Source: Gemmatimonadales bacterium
GTDB lineage: Bacteria; Gemmatimonadota; Gemmatimonadetes; Gemmatimonadales; GWC2-71-9
Assembly: GCA_039794085.1 (NCBI GenBank)
Contig: JBDIWC010000008.1
Location: forward strand, 32,001 to 96,000
DNA: 64,000 nt
Direction: 5' to 3'
This document shows positions 16,824 through 26,443 of this stretch, in pieces (within the stretch, counting starts at the first letter, position 1; the number at the start of each line of letters is the position of its first letter). The notes below the pieces were generated by a model. It saw nothing but the letters and a program-made list of their open reading frames with translations, did not search any database and had not been told where the DNA came from. The position numbers were made by a program, and so were the translations under genes.

Positions 16824-18793
16824 TATCGCTTGAGTCCCTTGAGCCAGTCGTTGAAATGCTGGAGATCTTCGCTGTCGGAGGCGGAAGGGGTGCCGGAGGG
16901 GGGGGCGACCACCGGCGGCCGGTCGCTGAAGAATTCATCGAAGGAGGGAGAGGTGCCTTCCCCCTCGTCCTGGGCGGCCGCAGGAGCGTTGGCATCCGAG
17001 GGGTCATCCCCAAAGACGGAATCGAGGCCGAAGTGTTTGTCCGCGGGCCGAGTCGGTTCTCCCTCCTTCGGCCGGTCCATGGCCGGGGGAGTGATGGCCA
17101 AGGGGGAGGTCGGTTCCCTCACGGCGAGAACACCGGCGAGAAAATCGCCCAACGATTCCCCCCCCGTGCTGGATGCCGCGAACCGGGCCGGAGCGGGTTC
17201 GGCGGACGGAGTGTCATCCTCCGCGGCGGGGGGCGGAGTGAGGCGGCCGATGGCCTCCTGCAGCCGGGCATTCTCGGGATCACGGCGGGCCAGCTCGGTG
17301 TACACCGCCAGGGCAAGTTCGTCGTGGCCCTGCCGCAGGAAGATCTCCGCCATGCTCTCGGTGACGACCAGCGCGTCCTCATCATCCTGGTCCTGGTCCG
17401 ATGCCTCATCGCCGGGTTCCTCGAGCTCCTCGGCTGACATCTCCATCAGGGCCAGTTCCGGGGTCTCCCCTCCCTCGGCATTTCCCTCCACCGTCCGGTC
17501 ATGTGATTCCTCCGGCGGCTCCGCCGCCGCGAAGGACCGATCGCGCTCGGTGTCACTCGGGAGGGAGGTCTCGCTCACGGCGGGCGGGCCCTCGGGCCAG
17601 GTTTCCGGCCCCACTTCCTCCCGATGTTCGGGGAACCCGGTGTCGGTCGGATCCGGCAAGGGCAGTGCCGCGTCGACAACGCTGGCGGGGGTGTCGGGAT
17701 CGTCAGGGATCCTCCCCGTCAACGGTTCGCCGTCCTCGGCCGGGACGTCCGACTCCCCCGTTTCCGGGGGCAGCTCCGCCGGCGTCCAGGGATTGGCGGA
17801 CAGATCGTCCTCCGCGTCCAGAAGCCGCAGAGTCCCCTCGTGCAGGTCGTCGGCATCCGGGGCCGGGACCTCTCCCGGTTCTGACTCGGCCACCAGGTCC
17901 ACCCGAACCCCTGGCACCTCGGAGTCATCCTCGGAATCGGGAATCGCCGACTCCGTCCGGGAGACCCACCCCGATTCGGCATTGGGCTCCGTCGTGTCGG
18001 CCTCCATCTCCGTCAGATCCTTCAAGGTGGGCACCACGTCGATGTCCATCGACGGGAGGGAGAGGCCATCCCCTTCCGAATCCGTTTCCCCATCCGGCGC
18101 GCCGGCCTCCTCGGCCGGTGCGGAGAGCGTCTCGCTGTCATTGGCGAGGGCGAATTCGTTCCTGGCGCCGGGGGAGGACCACTGCTCGTCGATGTGCAGG
18201 TCGAGGGGGTCGGTCTCGGTGTCCACCTCGACCAGCGGGAAGCGGTCGTCAGGGATCTCCCGGTCGACCTCGGATTCGATGAGGTTCACCAGGGGAAAGG
18301 CCGATTCCCCGAGTGTGGAGTCACTCGGAGAAGATGGCGGCCCCATGTCCGAAACCGGAGGGGCATAGTCCGTGGCCGGAGCGGGCGGTGCCTTCGCCTG
18401 CAGTTCTGCGAGTCGTGCCGTTGCCTCATCGTCGGTCGGATCGGCCTCGAGGAGACGTCGCAAATGGAGGACGGCTTCCTGCGGTCGCCCGGACCGGAGG
18501 GAAATCTCGGCCAGACCCCGAAGGGCAATCAGGTTGAGGGAGTCGAAGGAGAGGACCAGAGCAAAGGCGGAGGCCGCCATCGTGTCGTCTCCGGCGGCCA
18601 GAGCGCACCGGCCGCGAACAATGTGCGCCGGGACATAATCCGGGTGATGGGCAAGACCCAGTTCGAGGGTCTGGAATGCCTCATCCAGCCGCCCGGCCTT
18701 GCGATATGCCTCGGCCAGAGGAGCAAAGGTAAGCCCCTGCATGTTCTCGAGCCACCGTCGTTCGAGCTTCTCGATTTCGCCTGGACTTGCCAT
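16823..18793 (-). CDS. TPR protein with long acidic linker
   Basis: N-terminal TPRs ([12 protein letters not shown]), Asp/Glu/Pro-rich middle, [13 protein letters not shown] repeat, C-terminal FNDWLKGLK. Confidence 0.85.
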   Translation of the reverse strand: MASPGEIEKLERRWLENMQGLTFAPLAEAYRKAGRLDEAFQTLELGLAHHPDYVPAHIVRGRCALAAGDDTMAASAFALVLSFDSLNLIALRGLAEISLRSGRPQEAVLHLRRLLEADPTDDEATARLAELQAKAPPAPATDYAPPVSDMGPPSSPSDSTLGESAFPLVNLIESEVDREIPDDRFPLVEVDTETDPLDLHIDEQWSSPGARNEFALANDSETLSAPAEEAGAPDGETDSEGDGLSLPSMDIDVVPTLKDLTEMEADTTEPNAESGWVSRTESAIPDSEDDSEVPGVRVDLVAESEPGEVPAPDADDLHEGTLRLLDAEDDLSANPWTPAELPPETGESDVPAEDGEPLTGRIPDDPDTPASVVDAALPLPDPTDTGFPEHREEVGPETWPEGPPAVSETSLPSDTERDRSFAAAEPPEESHDRTVEGNAEGGETPELALMEMSAEELEEPGDEASDQDQDDEDALVVTESMAEIFLRQGHDELALAVYTELARRDPENARLQEAIGRLTPPPAAEDDTPSAEPAPARFAASSTGGESLGDFLAGVLAVREPTSPLAITPPAMDRPKEGEPTRPADKHFGLDSVFGDDPSDANAPAAAQDEGEGTSPSFDEFFSDRPPVVAPPSGTPSASDSEDLQHFNDWLKGLKR

Positions 18794-18950
18794 CCGCCGG
18801 TTTCCGTAAGTTGTTGTCAGTGCGACACTCAGACTAGCCCGATCGCCGGGCGGTGTCAACGGGTGTGGACCAGGGATCCTTGAGGAAAGTCCCGGCCCTG
18901 CTTAAACTTATCGCCTTCATCTGCCACCGGATCAGGAGTGTCCGCCGATC

Positions 18951-20786
18951 ATGATGCAAGCGTTTCGAAACAGTGCCAAACCCATCGTGCTGATCCTGAC
19001 CGTCTCGTTCTTCGGCTGGCTCGTTTTTGACCTGAGCGGCCTCAGTGGAGGGACAGGCCTGCTGACTCAGACCTCGGTCGGCAAGATCAATGGACGCACG
19101 ATTGATGCCCGGCTCTTCCAGGAGGCCGTCCAGCAGGCCACGGAGGTGCAGCAACGTCAATCCCCAACACCACTTGGGGTATCTGACCAAGCCCAGATCC
19201 GGGACCAGGTGTGGGAGCAGTTCATTCAATCCACCATCCTGGATGAGGAGTACCGCCGGAGGGGACTGCAAGTTTCGGCAAACGAGATCGCCGATGCAAT
19301 ACGAAACGTTCCCCCCCAGGAGATCCGAGCCGTCCCGACCTTTCAGACCGACGGCCAGTTCGACATGTCCAAGTACCAGGCCTGGCTCGGAACGACCGAG
19401 GGAATGAGTTATGTCCCGGTCCTGGAAGCCCGGTATCGCGACGAGATCCTCCGATCCAAACTGGTCCAGGACCTCATTTCCACGCTCTACGTGTCGGACG
19501 CTCAACTGTGGCAGCAGTACCGGGATGCCAACGACTCGATCTCCGTGGAGCTTGCCACCATCGACCCTCTCTCGGTCATCCCCGATACCGAGGCGCCGGT
19601 GACGGATAGCGAGGTCGAGAACTGGTTCCGCTCCCACCGGGATGACTTCCGGCGCCAGAGAACGGCCTTTCTCAGCTTCATTGCCGTCGACAAGCAGGTC
19701 AACGCGTCCGACTCCGCCGCTGCATTGGCCAGGGCGGAGGCCCTCCGGGCGGAGATCCAGGGTGGAGCCCCGTTCGCGGAAGTCGCCCAGCGGGAATCGT
19801 CCGACACCGTTTCCGGCAGCCGCGGAGGTGATCTCGGCGAGTGGACCCGGAACACCTTCGACCCCGCCTTCGAGGCGGCCGCCTTCCGGCTCCCGCTCAA
19901 CACGGTTTCGGAGCCGGTCCTGACGCCGTTCGGCTATCACCTCATCGAGATCACGAGCCGGAAGGGTGACACCATCTCCGGCCGGCACATTCTGGTCCCG
20001 ATCGAGCTCGCCGGCTCCCACCGCGACCTGGTGGACGCTCGCGCCGACAGCCTGGAGTTGCTGGCCGCCGACCGGCTGGACCGGGCAGCACTCGATACCG
20101 CCTCCCGGGCTCTCGGGCTTCCCATCGTCGAAAGCGGGCCGGTCGTGGAGGGTGGCTTCGCTCCGGTGCACATCGACGCGACGATCTGGGCCTTCCAGGC
20201 CAAGCGGCATGAGCATAGCCCGGTTTTCGAGGCCCCCGCATCGTACCTGGTCTACCGGGTAGACAGCCTCTGGCCGGCTGGCGTTCCCGCGCTGGGGGCC
20301 ATCCGCGGGGAGGTGATTGCGGCGGTTCGAGCGGACAAGAAGAGGGCCCAGGCCCGGCGGTTGGCCGACTCCCTCGCAGCACGGGTTCGAGCAGGCACGA
20401 CTCTCCGGGAGGCGGCAGCGGGACTCGGCGTTCCGGTCGAACCCCTGGGCCCCTTCACTCGGTACACCGCCCCGCTCCAGAGCGGACTGACCCTGGGAAC
20501 GGCCTTCGGGTTGGAACCGGGGCAGACGAGTGGCACCATCGAAGAGAATGACCGTTTCTACCTGGTTCACGTCCGGGAACGATGGGCCGCCGACAGCAGC
20601 GCCTTTGCCAACTCCCTGGACAGCCTCCGCACCTCGACGTTGCAGACAGTTCGGCAGAATTATGTGCAGCGCTATTTTGCGGCCCTGCGATCCCAGGCCA
20701 AGCTCGCTGACTATCGGTCAGAGCTCTATCGGACGGCGGCTCAGAACGAGGCTCTCGCGCCCCCCGTTCCTCCTCCGGCCTATTGA
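18951..20786 (+). CDS. ppiD: PpiD/SurA-like peptidyl-prolyl isomerase
   Basis: N-terminal membrane anchor, SurA-N region, parvulin motifs GGDLGEW and TPFGYHLI. Confidence 0.88.
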   Translation: MMQAFRNSAKPIVLILTVSFFGWLVFDLSGLSGGTGLLTQTSVGKINGRTIDARLFQEAVQQATEVQQRQSPTPLGVSDQAQIRDQVWEQFIQSTILDEEYRRRGLQVSANEIADAIRNVPPQEIRAVPTFQTDGQFDMSKYQAWLGTTEGMSYVPVLEARYRDEILRSKLVQDLISTLYVSDAQLWQQYRDANDSISVELATIDPLSVIPDTEAPVTDSEVENWFRSHRDDFRRQRTAFLSFIAVDKQVNASDSAAALARAEALRAEIQGGAPFAEVAQRESSDTVSGSRGGDLGEWTRNTFDPAFEAAAFRLPLNTVSEPVLTPFGYHLIEITSRKGDTISGRHILVPIELAGSHRDLVDARADSLELLAADRLDRAALDTASRALGLPIVESGPVVEGGFAPVHIDATIWAFQAKRHEHSPVFEAPASYLVYRVDSLWPAGVPALGAIRGEVIAAVRADKKRAQARRLADSLAARVRAGTTLREAAAGLGVPVEPLGPFTRYTAPLQSGLTLGTAFGLEPGQTSGTIEENDRFYLVHVRERWAADSSAFANSLDSLRTSTLQTVRQNYVQRYFAALRSQAKLADYRSELYRTAAQNEALAPPVPPPAY

Positions 20787-20811
20787 CGCCGGGCCGTCGG
20801 CCACCCATGCG

Positions 20812-20845
20812 AAACGCGGTGCCTGCAGGCACCGCGTTTTCTTTT
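20812..20845. terminator. Intrinsic terminator between convergent ppiD and tatA
   Basis: AAACGCGGTGCC-TGCA-GGCACCGCGTTT followed by TCTTTT. Confidence 0.85.
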
Positions 20846-20863
20846 CACCCCTCTCCCACCGAC

Positions 20864-21121
20864 CTATTGGGAGAGGCGCTTCGGCTCCCCGGAGGATGCG
20901 GGAGGCTGCTGCGAGGCGGCATCCATTTGCCTGCCCGGGGGAAGGTTTCGTTCCTCTCCCGTGCCGGTCACGGCGTTTTCCACGTCGCTGAAGCTCCTCT
21001 TGAACTCACGGATTCCCTTCCCGAACGACGCCCCGATCTCTGGAAGTCGCTTGGCCCCGAACACGAGCAACACGACCAGCAGGATGATCATGATCTCGCC
21101 GAAACCCAGATTTCCCAACAT
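20864..21121 (-). CDS. tatA: Twin-arginine translocase TatA/TatE
   Basis: LLVFGAKRLPEIGASFGKGIREFK; AGGAGG RBS. Confidence 0.95.
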   Translation of the reverse strand: MLGNLGFGEIMIILLVVLLVFGAKRLPEIGASFGKGIREFKRSFSDVENAVTGTGEERNLPPGRQMDAASQQPPASSGEPKRLSQ

Positions 21122-21138
21122 GGTGTCCTCCTGCAAGC

Positions 21139-21411
21139 TTAGAACAGCGATTTGGCGATCAGGTAGGCCAGAACCACCCCGATCAGGCTCAGCAGTGACA
21201 CATCGACACCAGCCGGCCCCAGAGTGAAGTGTACCACAAGGAGATCGACCGGAACAGGCCCGACTCCGAAGGTCACTCCGTAGGTAAAGAAATCCCGGGT
21301 GGGACTTTCCGGGAGGAATCGCCGGAGAAAGGCCGTCAGGAAGCCCCCCAGGACGAAGCCGGCCAGGAGGACCGACAGGTAGAATCGGGGTCGGCGGGGT
21401 CCGACAGCCAT
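21139..21411 (-). CDS. Small membrane protein, DUF4321-like
   Basis: 90 aa, TM-loop-TM, VDLLVVHFTLG...SLLSLIG. Confidence 0.7.
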   Translation of the reverse strand: MAVGPRRPRFYLSVLLAGFVLGGFLTAFLRRFLPESPTRDFFTYGVTFGVGPVPVDLLVVHFTLGPAGVDVSLLSLIGVVLAYLIAKSLF

Positions 21412-22403
21412 CAGCTCCTCCGTTCGAGAATGTAGCAGAGACTCGCCCGGAGCGTCTCCCGCGCGGGAGAGGGTGGCAGGACGGCCAATTCCGCCTCCGC
21501 CTCTTCCAGGAGGGCCTGGGCGCGGTCGCGTGCGTAGGCCAGCCCGCCGCGGTCGGCGACAATGCCAATCACCGCGCTCACCTGGTCGCCACGGGGATCG
21601 GGATTGGCGAAGAGTTCGTCGACCACCGCGCGCTCGCCCCGGGACAGCCGGGGAAGGACATGGATGAGGGGGAGGGTGATCTTGTGCTCCCGAAGATCCA
21701 GGCCGGCGGGTTTCCCCGTGATGGTCGCATCGGAGGTGAAGTCGAGCAGGTCATCGACGATCTGGAAGGCACGGCCGAGCCGGTCCCCGAAGCGAGCCAT
21801 GGCCTCGCGCCGCCCCGCGGGCGCGCCGAGCGCACCCACCTCACAGGCACCGGAGACGAGGGAGGCCGTCTTCGACCGAATGAGGAGGTTGTAGTCCTCC
21901 TCGGTGAAGGCGAGAGGGTCGACGGCCAGGAGCTGCCGCATCTCCCCCACGGTCATCTCATTGGTCACCCGGGCCAGGACCTGGAGGGGGACAAGGTCGT
22001 CCAGGCGAACCAGTTCAATCACGGCCCGGGAGTAGAGATAGTCTCCCATGATCACCGAGACCTGGTGACTGAAGAGGGAGTTGATCGTGGGCATTCCGCG
22101 ACGAAGCACGGAATGATCCACCGCATCGTCATGGACCAGCGTGGCCAGGTGAATCAGTTCCACCACCGCGGCAAGCCGCACGGCCGTGGCCGGATCGGTT
22201 CCCTCGCTCGCATCCCGTGAGAGGAGCACCAGGGTGGGGCGGAACATCTTGCCCTGCATGCGGAGGAGGTGAGCATTGACTTCCACGATCAACCCGAAAT
22301 CGGCCACGATGAGCTGGGAGAGCCTGTCCCGCACCTCATCGAGACGCGATTCCAGTCCGGCCTGGATGTCACCGAGGGTGACCGGCGAGGTTCCGCTCGT
22401 CAT
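21411..22403 (-). CDS. Polyprenyl (octa/heptaprenyl) diphosphate synthase
   Basis: ATLVHDDAVD...RRG and FQIVDDLLD aspartate-rich motifs. Confidence 0.95.
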   Translation of the reverse strand: MTSGTSPVTLGDIQAGLESRLDEVRDRLSQLIVADFGLIVEVNAHLLRMQGKMFRPTLVLLSRDASEGTDPATAVRLAAVVELIHLATLVHDDAVDHSVLRRGMPTINSLFSHQVSVIMGDYLYSRAVIELVRLDDLVPLQVLARVTNEMTVGEMRQLLAVDPLAFTEEDYNLLIRSKTASLVSGACEVGALGAPAGRREAMARFGDRLGRAFQIVDDLLDFTSDATITGKPAGLDLREHKITLPLIHVLPRLSRGERAVVDELFANPDPRGDQVSAVIGIVADRGGLAYARDRAQALLEEAEAELAVLPPSPARETLRASLCYILERRS

Positions 22404-24748
22404 CGTCCCCCTCCCAGGGCGTGGACCCGGGGCCCCAGATCGAGAAACCGGATGTCCACCGCCAGGGCTCGTTCGTACCAGGGCAACGCCTCCCCGCCGC
22501 GTTCCAGGGCCTCAAGGGACCGCCCCAGCCAATAGATCAGCCCGATCTTCTCGTCATCCGATCCCGGCACGGACTCGATCGCCCGGCGCAGTACCGCCTC
22601 CGCAATGGCGTATCGCCCCTTCTCGTAGAAGGAGATCCCCAAGGCCTCCGAGGCCCGGAGGCGTCCTTCGGGAGAACGGAGAGCCTTCTGAAACTGGGCG
22701 ATCGCCTCATCGAGCAGGCCCATCTCCTTGAAGGCGATTCCGAGGTCGTACTGGGCCTGGAAGTCCTCACTGTCGAGGTTCTCCTCGATTCCTCTCTTGA
22801 ACTGGCTCAAGGTTTCGAGGAAGTCCTTGTCCTCATCGCCAACGGGTTCCTCCGCATCGACCCGCATCCGGGTATCCCGGGCCGGGACCGGATCCATGAT
22901 GAGGGCGCCCAGGTCCACGAAATCGTTTCCGCCCGTCGGCTCGGCCGGTGCCAGGGGCGCCGCGGCCGGAGGAATGGGGCCGGAGGTGTCCGGAGAACGG
23001 GACGGGGAAGGCGCCTGCAGGGTGAGAATGGCTGCCTGGGCCACGGCGTTCCCCGGATCGAGCTCCTCCACGCGCCGATAGACGGCCAACGCGTTCTCCG
23101 CCGCACCGATGCGCAGAAGGGCGTCGGCCAGACCGAGGTAGCTCCGCACCAGGAGAACGGGGTCACCGGAGTGATAGGCCAGCTCCACCCGCTTCTGGAA
23201 TCGGGGGAGGTTGTCGGGTTCGAGAGTAATCAGGTCCCCCGCCACCACCAGCGCCTCCTCCCACCGGGACGCCACCTCGTGCAGCCGGAGCAGGTCTTCC
23301 AGCACCTCGATTCCGCCCGGGTGGTTTCCCCGCTCCAGGAGGGCGGAGGCCTCTCGCCGCAGGGCGACCGGGTCGGATCGATCGAGGGCGGCTTCCACGA
23401 GGTCGGCGGCATCGAGGGACTCGAAGAGCGCCTCGTCGGTCCCGGGAACCGGCTCCCGCTCGACCGATGCCGTCTCCCGTCCCGAAATCTCCGGAGCCTC
23501 CGTCAACTCGAAATCATCACGGCCGGTGTCCGCGGCCCCGTCCCATTCCCCGCCCACCTCGGACCACTCCTCCCCGGAGGGGGGAAGGATCACTTCCACT
23601 CCCCCCAGGTCACCGTCCACTTCCGAGACCCCGGGGAGATCGACATCCAGGGCCTCCGCGGCCAGCTCCACCGCAAGATCAGGCAGGGAGGAATCGGGCG
23701 CCCCCTCAAACTCAAGGAGTGGCTCGGGTTCGACCTGGTCGAGTTCGAGGGAGGGGAGATCCTGCGCATCGTGCGAGGGAGCAAAGTCGTGGTTGGTGAC
23801 GAAATCCAGGGGCGCCGTGTCGACGACCTGTATCTCCTCGGCGGGCACCTCCCACTCGGGTCCCCGGGAGGTGGGGTCCTCCAGGGTCGTGGCATCGGGA
23901 TCCTGGATGATCTCCACCTCATCGCCCGAGCCATCCCACCGCAGATCACGCGAACCATCCAGATCGATTCCGGAATCCTCCGCGGCCCCCTCCCCGGACT
24001 CCACCACCTCTGTCGCCTCATTCTCGGGACCAACCTCCGCCCTCCGCGTCGGTACGATTCCTGGCACCCCCGACCCGGTATCGAGGAACACCAGCCCCGA
24101 TCCCGCCAAACTCGGTGGGATGTCCTGCATTCCCCCGGTTTCGATGGCCTCGGCCCGTTCCCGGGTTCGGCGGGCCCCCCGCACGTCACCCTGGACCTCG
24201 AGATGGGAGGCGAGCTTCTCCAACTGTTCCCTGGCCTCGTCGGTCCGGGAGGCCGCCCGGAGGAGCTCGCTCAGCATCAGTCGAATGTCGGGATTGCCCG
24301 AGAAGGTGTCGGCAAAGGCCTTCACCGACTGGAAGGCATCCTCGAGACGTCCCACCGAGTGCATCCGCTCCACATATTCGAGGAGGTTCCTCTTCGCCTC
24401 CGGAATGACATTCTTGCGGGAATGGAGCTGGGCGAGGCGGAGATAGGTTTCGGTACGACCCGGGTTGACCCGGAGGATCTTGCCACAGAGAGCGATCGCG
24501 TTGTTGTAGAATCCCTGGTCCGCGTAGAGCTCCGCGGCCTGCTCATAACCCCGGAGGGCGGCCGCCGAGTCCCCCGCCTTCATCTCGAGATCGCCCACCT
24601 TGTTGTACAGGCTCGGGTCCACGCTCTCGGACCCGGTGCCGAGTCCCTGGATGGCCCTGTGGTAGACCTCGATGGCTCGACGCCACTCCTCCCGTTGCTC
24701 AAACCGGCGGGCCTGTTCCTTGAGCTTGTCGAGATTCATCCGGGCCAC
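22400..24748 (-). CDS. Multi-TPR protein with acidic linker
   Basis: N- and C-terminal TPR blocks (YDLGIAFKEMGLLDEAIAQFQKA) around an acidic spacer. Confidence 0.88.
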   Translation of the reverse strand: MARMNLDKLKEQARRFEQREEWRRAIEVYHRAIQGLGTGSESVDPSLYNKVGDLEMKAGDSAAALRGYEQAAELYADQGFYNNAIALCGKILRVNPGRTETYLRLAQLHSRKNVIPEAKRNLLEYVERMHSVGRLEDAFQSVKAFADTFSGNPDIRLMLSELLRAASRTDEAREQLEKLASHLEVQGDVRGARRTRERAEAIETGGMQDIPPSLAGSGLVFLDTGSGVPGIVPTRRAEVGPENEATEVVESGEGAAEDSGIDLDGSRDLRWDGSGDEVEIIQDPDATTLEDPTSRGPEWEVPAEEIQVVDTAPLDFVTNHDFAPSHDAQDLPSLELDQVEPEPLLEFEGAPDSSLPDLAVELAAEALDVDLPGVSEVDGDLGGVEVILPPSGEEWSEVGGEWDGAADTGRDDFELTEAPEISGRETASVEREPVPGTDEALFESLDAADLVEAALDRSDPVALRREASALLERGNHPGGIEVLEDLLRLHEVASRWEEALVVAGDLITLEPDNLPRFQKRVELAYHSGDPVLLVRSYLGLADALLRIGAAENALAVYRRVEELDPGNAVAQAAILTLQAPSPSRSPDTSGPIPPAAAPLAPAEPTGGNDFVDLGALIMDPVPARDTRMRVDAEEPVGDEDKDFLETLSQFKRGIEENLDSEDFQAQYDLGIAFKEMGLLDEAIAQFQKALRSPEGRLRASEALGISFYEKGRYAIAEAVLRRAIESVPGSDDEKIGLIYWLGRSLEALERGGEALPWYERALAVDIRFLDLGPRVHALGGGR

Positions 24749-24823
24749 GGGTCAGAGACGAAGGATGTGGTGAACCTGTTGCAACCTCGCAAGATAGATC
24801 CCCTCTCCGGGCCGGGCAAGCAA

Positions 24824-26356
24824 TTACCCCGCCGTCCGGGCCGGATCCAGACGTCCCTCGGCAACCAGGGCCGCCAGCCGCTCCAGATCCACCCCGGGTG
24901 GCCGGTCCACCGTCAGCGGGGCTACACCACCAGGTCCTCGGACAAGGTCGAAGAGCCGGCGCACGCCGCGACCGGGCTGGAGCGGGCGCAGGATCTCCAA
25001 CCCTTGGGCGCCGCAGAGAAACTCGGCCGCCACCACCAGCTGGGCGTTCGCCAGAACTCGGCGGGCCTTGAATGCGGCGGCCATTCCCATGGGCACAAAG
25101 TCCTCCTGGTTGGCATCGGTGGGGATCGAGCCGATGCTGGCCGGATAGGACAAGGTTCTCGATTCGGCCACCAGGGAGGCCGCCGTGATCTGCACCATCA
25201 TGAATCCCGAGGAGAGGCCGGCCGACGAGGTCAGGAAGGCGGGGAGCCCCTGACTCAGATCGGGGTTGACCAGCCGCTCGATGCGCCGCTCACTGATAGT
25301 CTGCAGGGTGGTCAGCGCGATGGTGACGAAGTCCATAGCCTGGGCCACCGGCTGGCCGTGGAAGTTGCCCCCCGACAGCACCTCGGACCCGAACACCAGG
25401 GGATTGTCGGTCGAGGCGTTGAGCTCGACCGACGCCACGCGGCGCGCGAACGTGATCGCATCCCACACGGCACCCAGCACCTGAGGAGTGCACCGGAGGC
25501 TGTAGGCATCCTGGACCCGGGAGTCGCCCTGACGATGGGACTCCCGGATGGGGCTGTCGTGGAGGAGGTCGCGCATCAGGCGGGCGGCGATCCCCTGCCC
25601 CTGGTGGGGGCGGGCCTCATGAATCCGGGGATCGAGCGGGGTCGGGGTCCCTCGCAGCGCCTCCAGGCTCATCGCCGCCGCCCCGATCGCGGAGCGCCAC
25701 AGAACCTCCGCGTCGTGCACCAGGAGGGTGAGGACGGCGGTCTGGGCCTGAGTTCCGTTGATGAAGGCCAGACCCTCCTTGGGGCCGAACGTGAAGGGCT
25801 CCAGCCCGCATTCCTTCAGGACGAGGTGCGATGCGTCAACGGTGCCATCCGGCCGGGCGAGGGTGCCCTCCCCCATCAATGCCAGCGCCAGGTGGCTGAG
25901 AGGTGCCAGATCCCCGCTCGCCCCCACGCTGCCCTGTTCCGGCACGACTGGGATCGCCCCGCTGTTGAGCAGCGCCACCAGCGCTTGCGCCAGCGCCGGG
26001 CGCACGCCACTGGTGGGTCGGAGCAGCACATTGGCGCGGAGGCACATCATGGCCCGTACCACGTCCCGCGGGAGGGGAGTCCCCACGCCCGCCGCGTGAC
26101 TGCGGATCAGGTTGGCCTGCAGCGCGGTCAGGTCGTCCGGACCGATGCGGACATCCGCCAGCTTGCCGAATCCGGTGTTGATGCCGTACATGGTGTCGCC
26201 CCGGGCCACGGCTCGCTCCACGACGGCACGGGTGCCGGCCATGGCGTCGAGGGCCCGGGGGTCGATGTCGATCCGGAGATCCGGATTCCGGGCAATGCGG
26301 GTCAGGTCCTCAATGGACAGCGACAGGCCGGTCAGGCGAAGGGGGGTGTCGGTCAT
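24824..26356 (-). CDS. hutH: Histidine ammonia-lyase
   Basis: YGINTGFG, GASGDLAPL (MIO), QDAYSLRC, GGNFHG. Confidence 0.95.
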   Translation of the reverse strand: MTDTPLRLTGLSLSIEDLTRIARNPDLRIDIDPRALDAMAGTRAVVERAVARGDTMYGINTGFGKLADVRIGPDDLTALQANLIRSHAAGVGTPLPRDVVRAMMCLRANVLLRPTSGVRPALAQALVALLNSGAIPVVPEQGSVGASGDLAPLSHLALALMGEGTLARPDGTVDASHLVLKECGLEPFTFGPKEGLAFINGTQAQTAVLTLLVHDAEVLWRSAIGAAAMSLEALRGTPTPLDPRIHEARPHQGQGIAARLMRDLLHDSPIRESHRQGDSRVQDAYSLRCTPQVLGAVWDAITFARRVASVELNASTDNPLVFGSEVLSGGNFHGQPVAQAMDFVTIALTTLQTISERRIERLVNPDLSQGLPAFLTSSAGLSSGFMMVQITAASLVAESRTLSYPASIGSIPTDANQEDFVPMGMAAAFKARRVLANAQLVVAAEFLCGAQGLEILRPLQPGRGVRRLFDLVRGPGGVAPLTVDRPPGVDLERLAALVAEGRLDPARTAG

Positions 26357-26443
26357 GGGCGGAAAGTGCGGGGCCCCGGGACCGGGGGCAAGGTCGGGGT
26401 CCTCCCCGGAGCGATGGCGCATGTGGCGATGTGTCAGGCGTCG

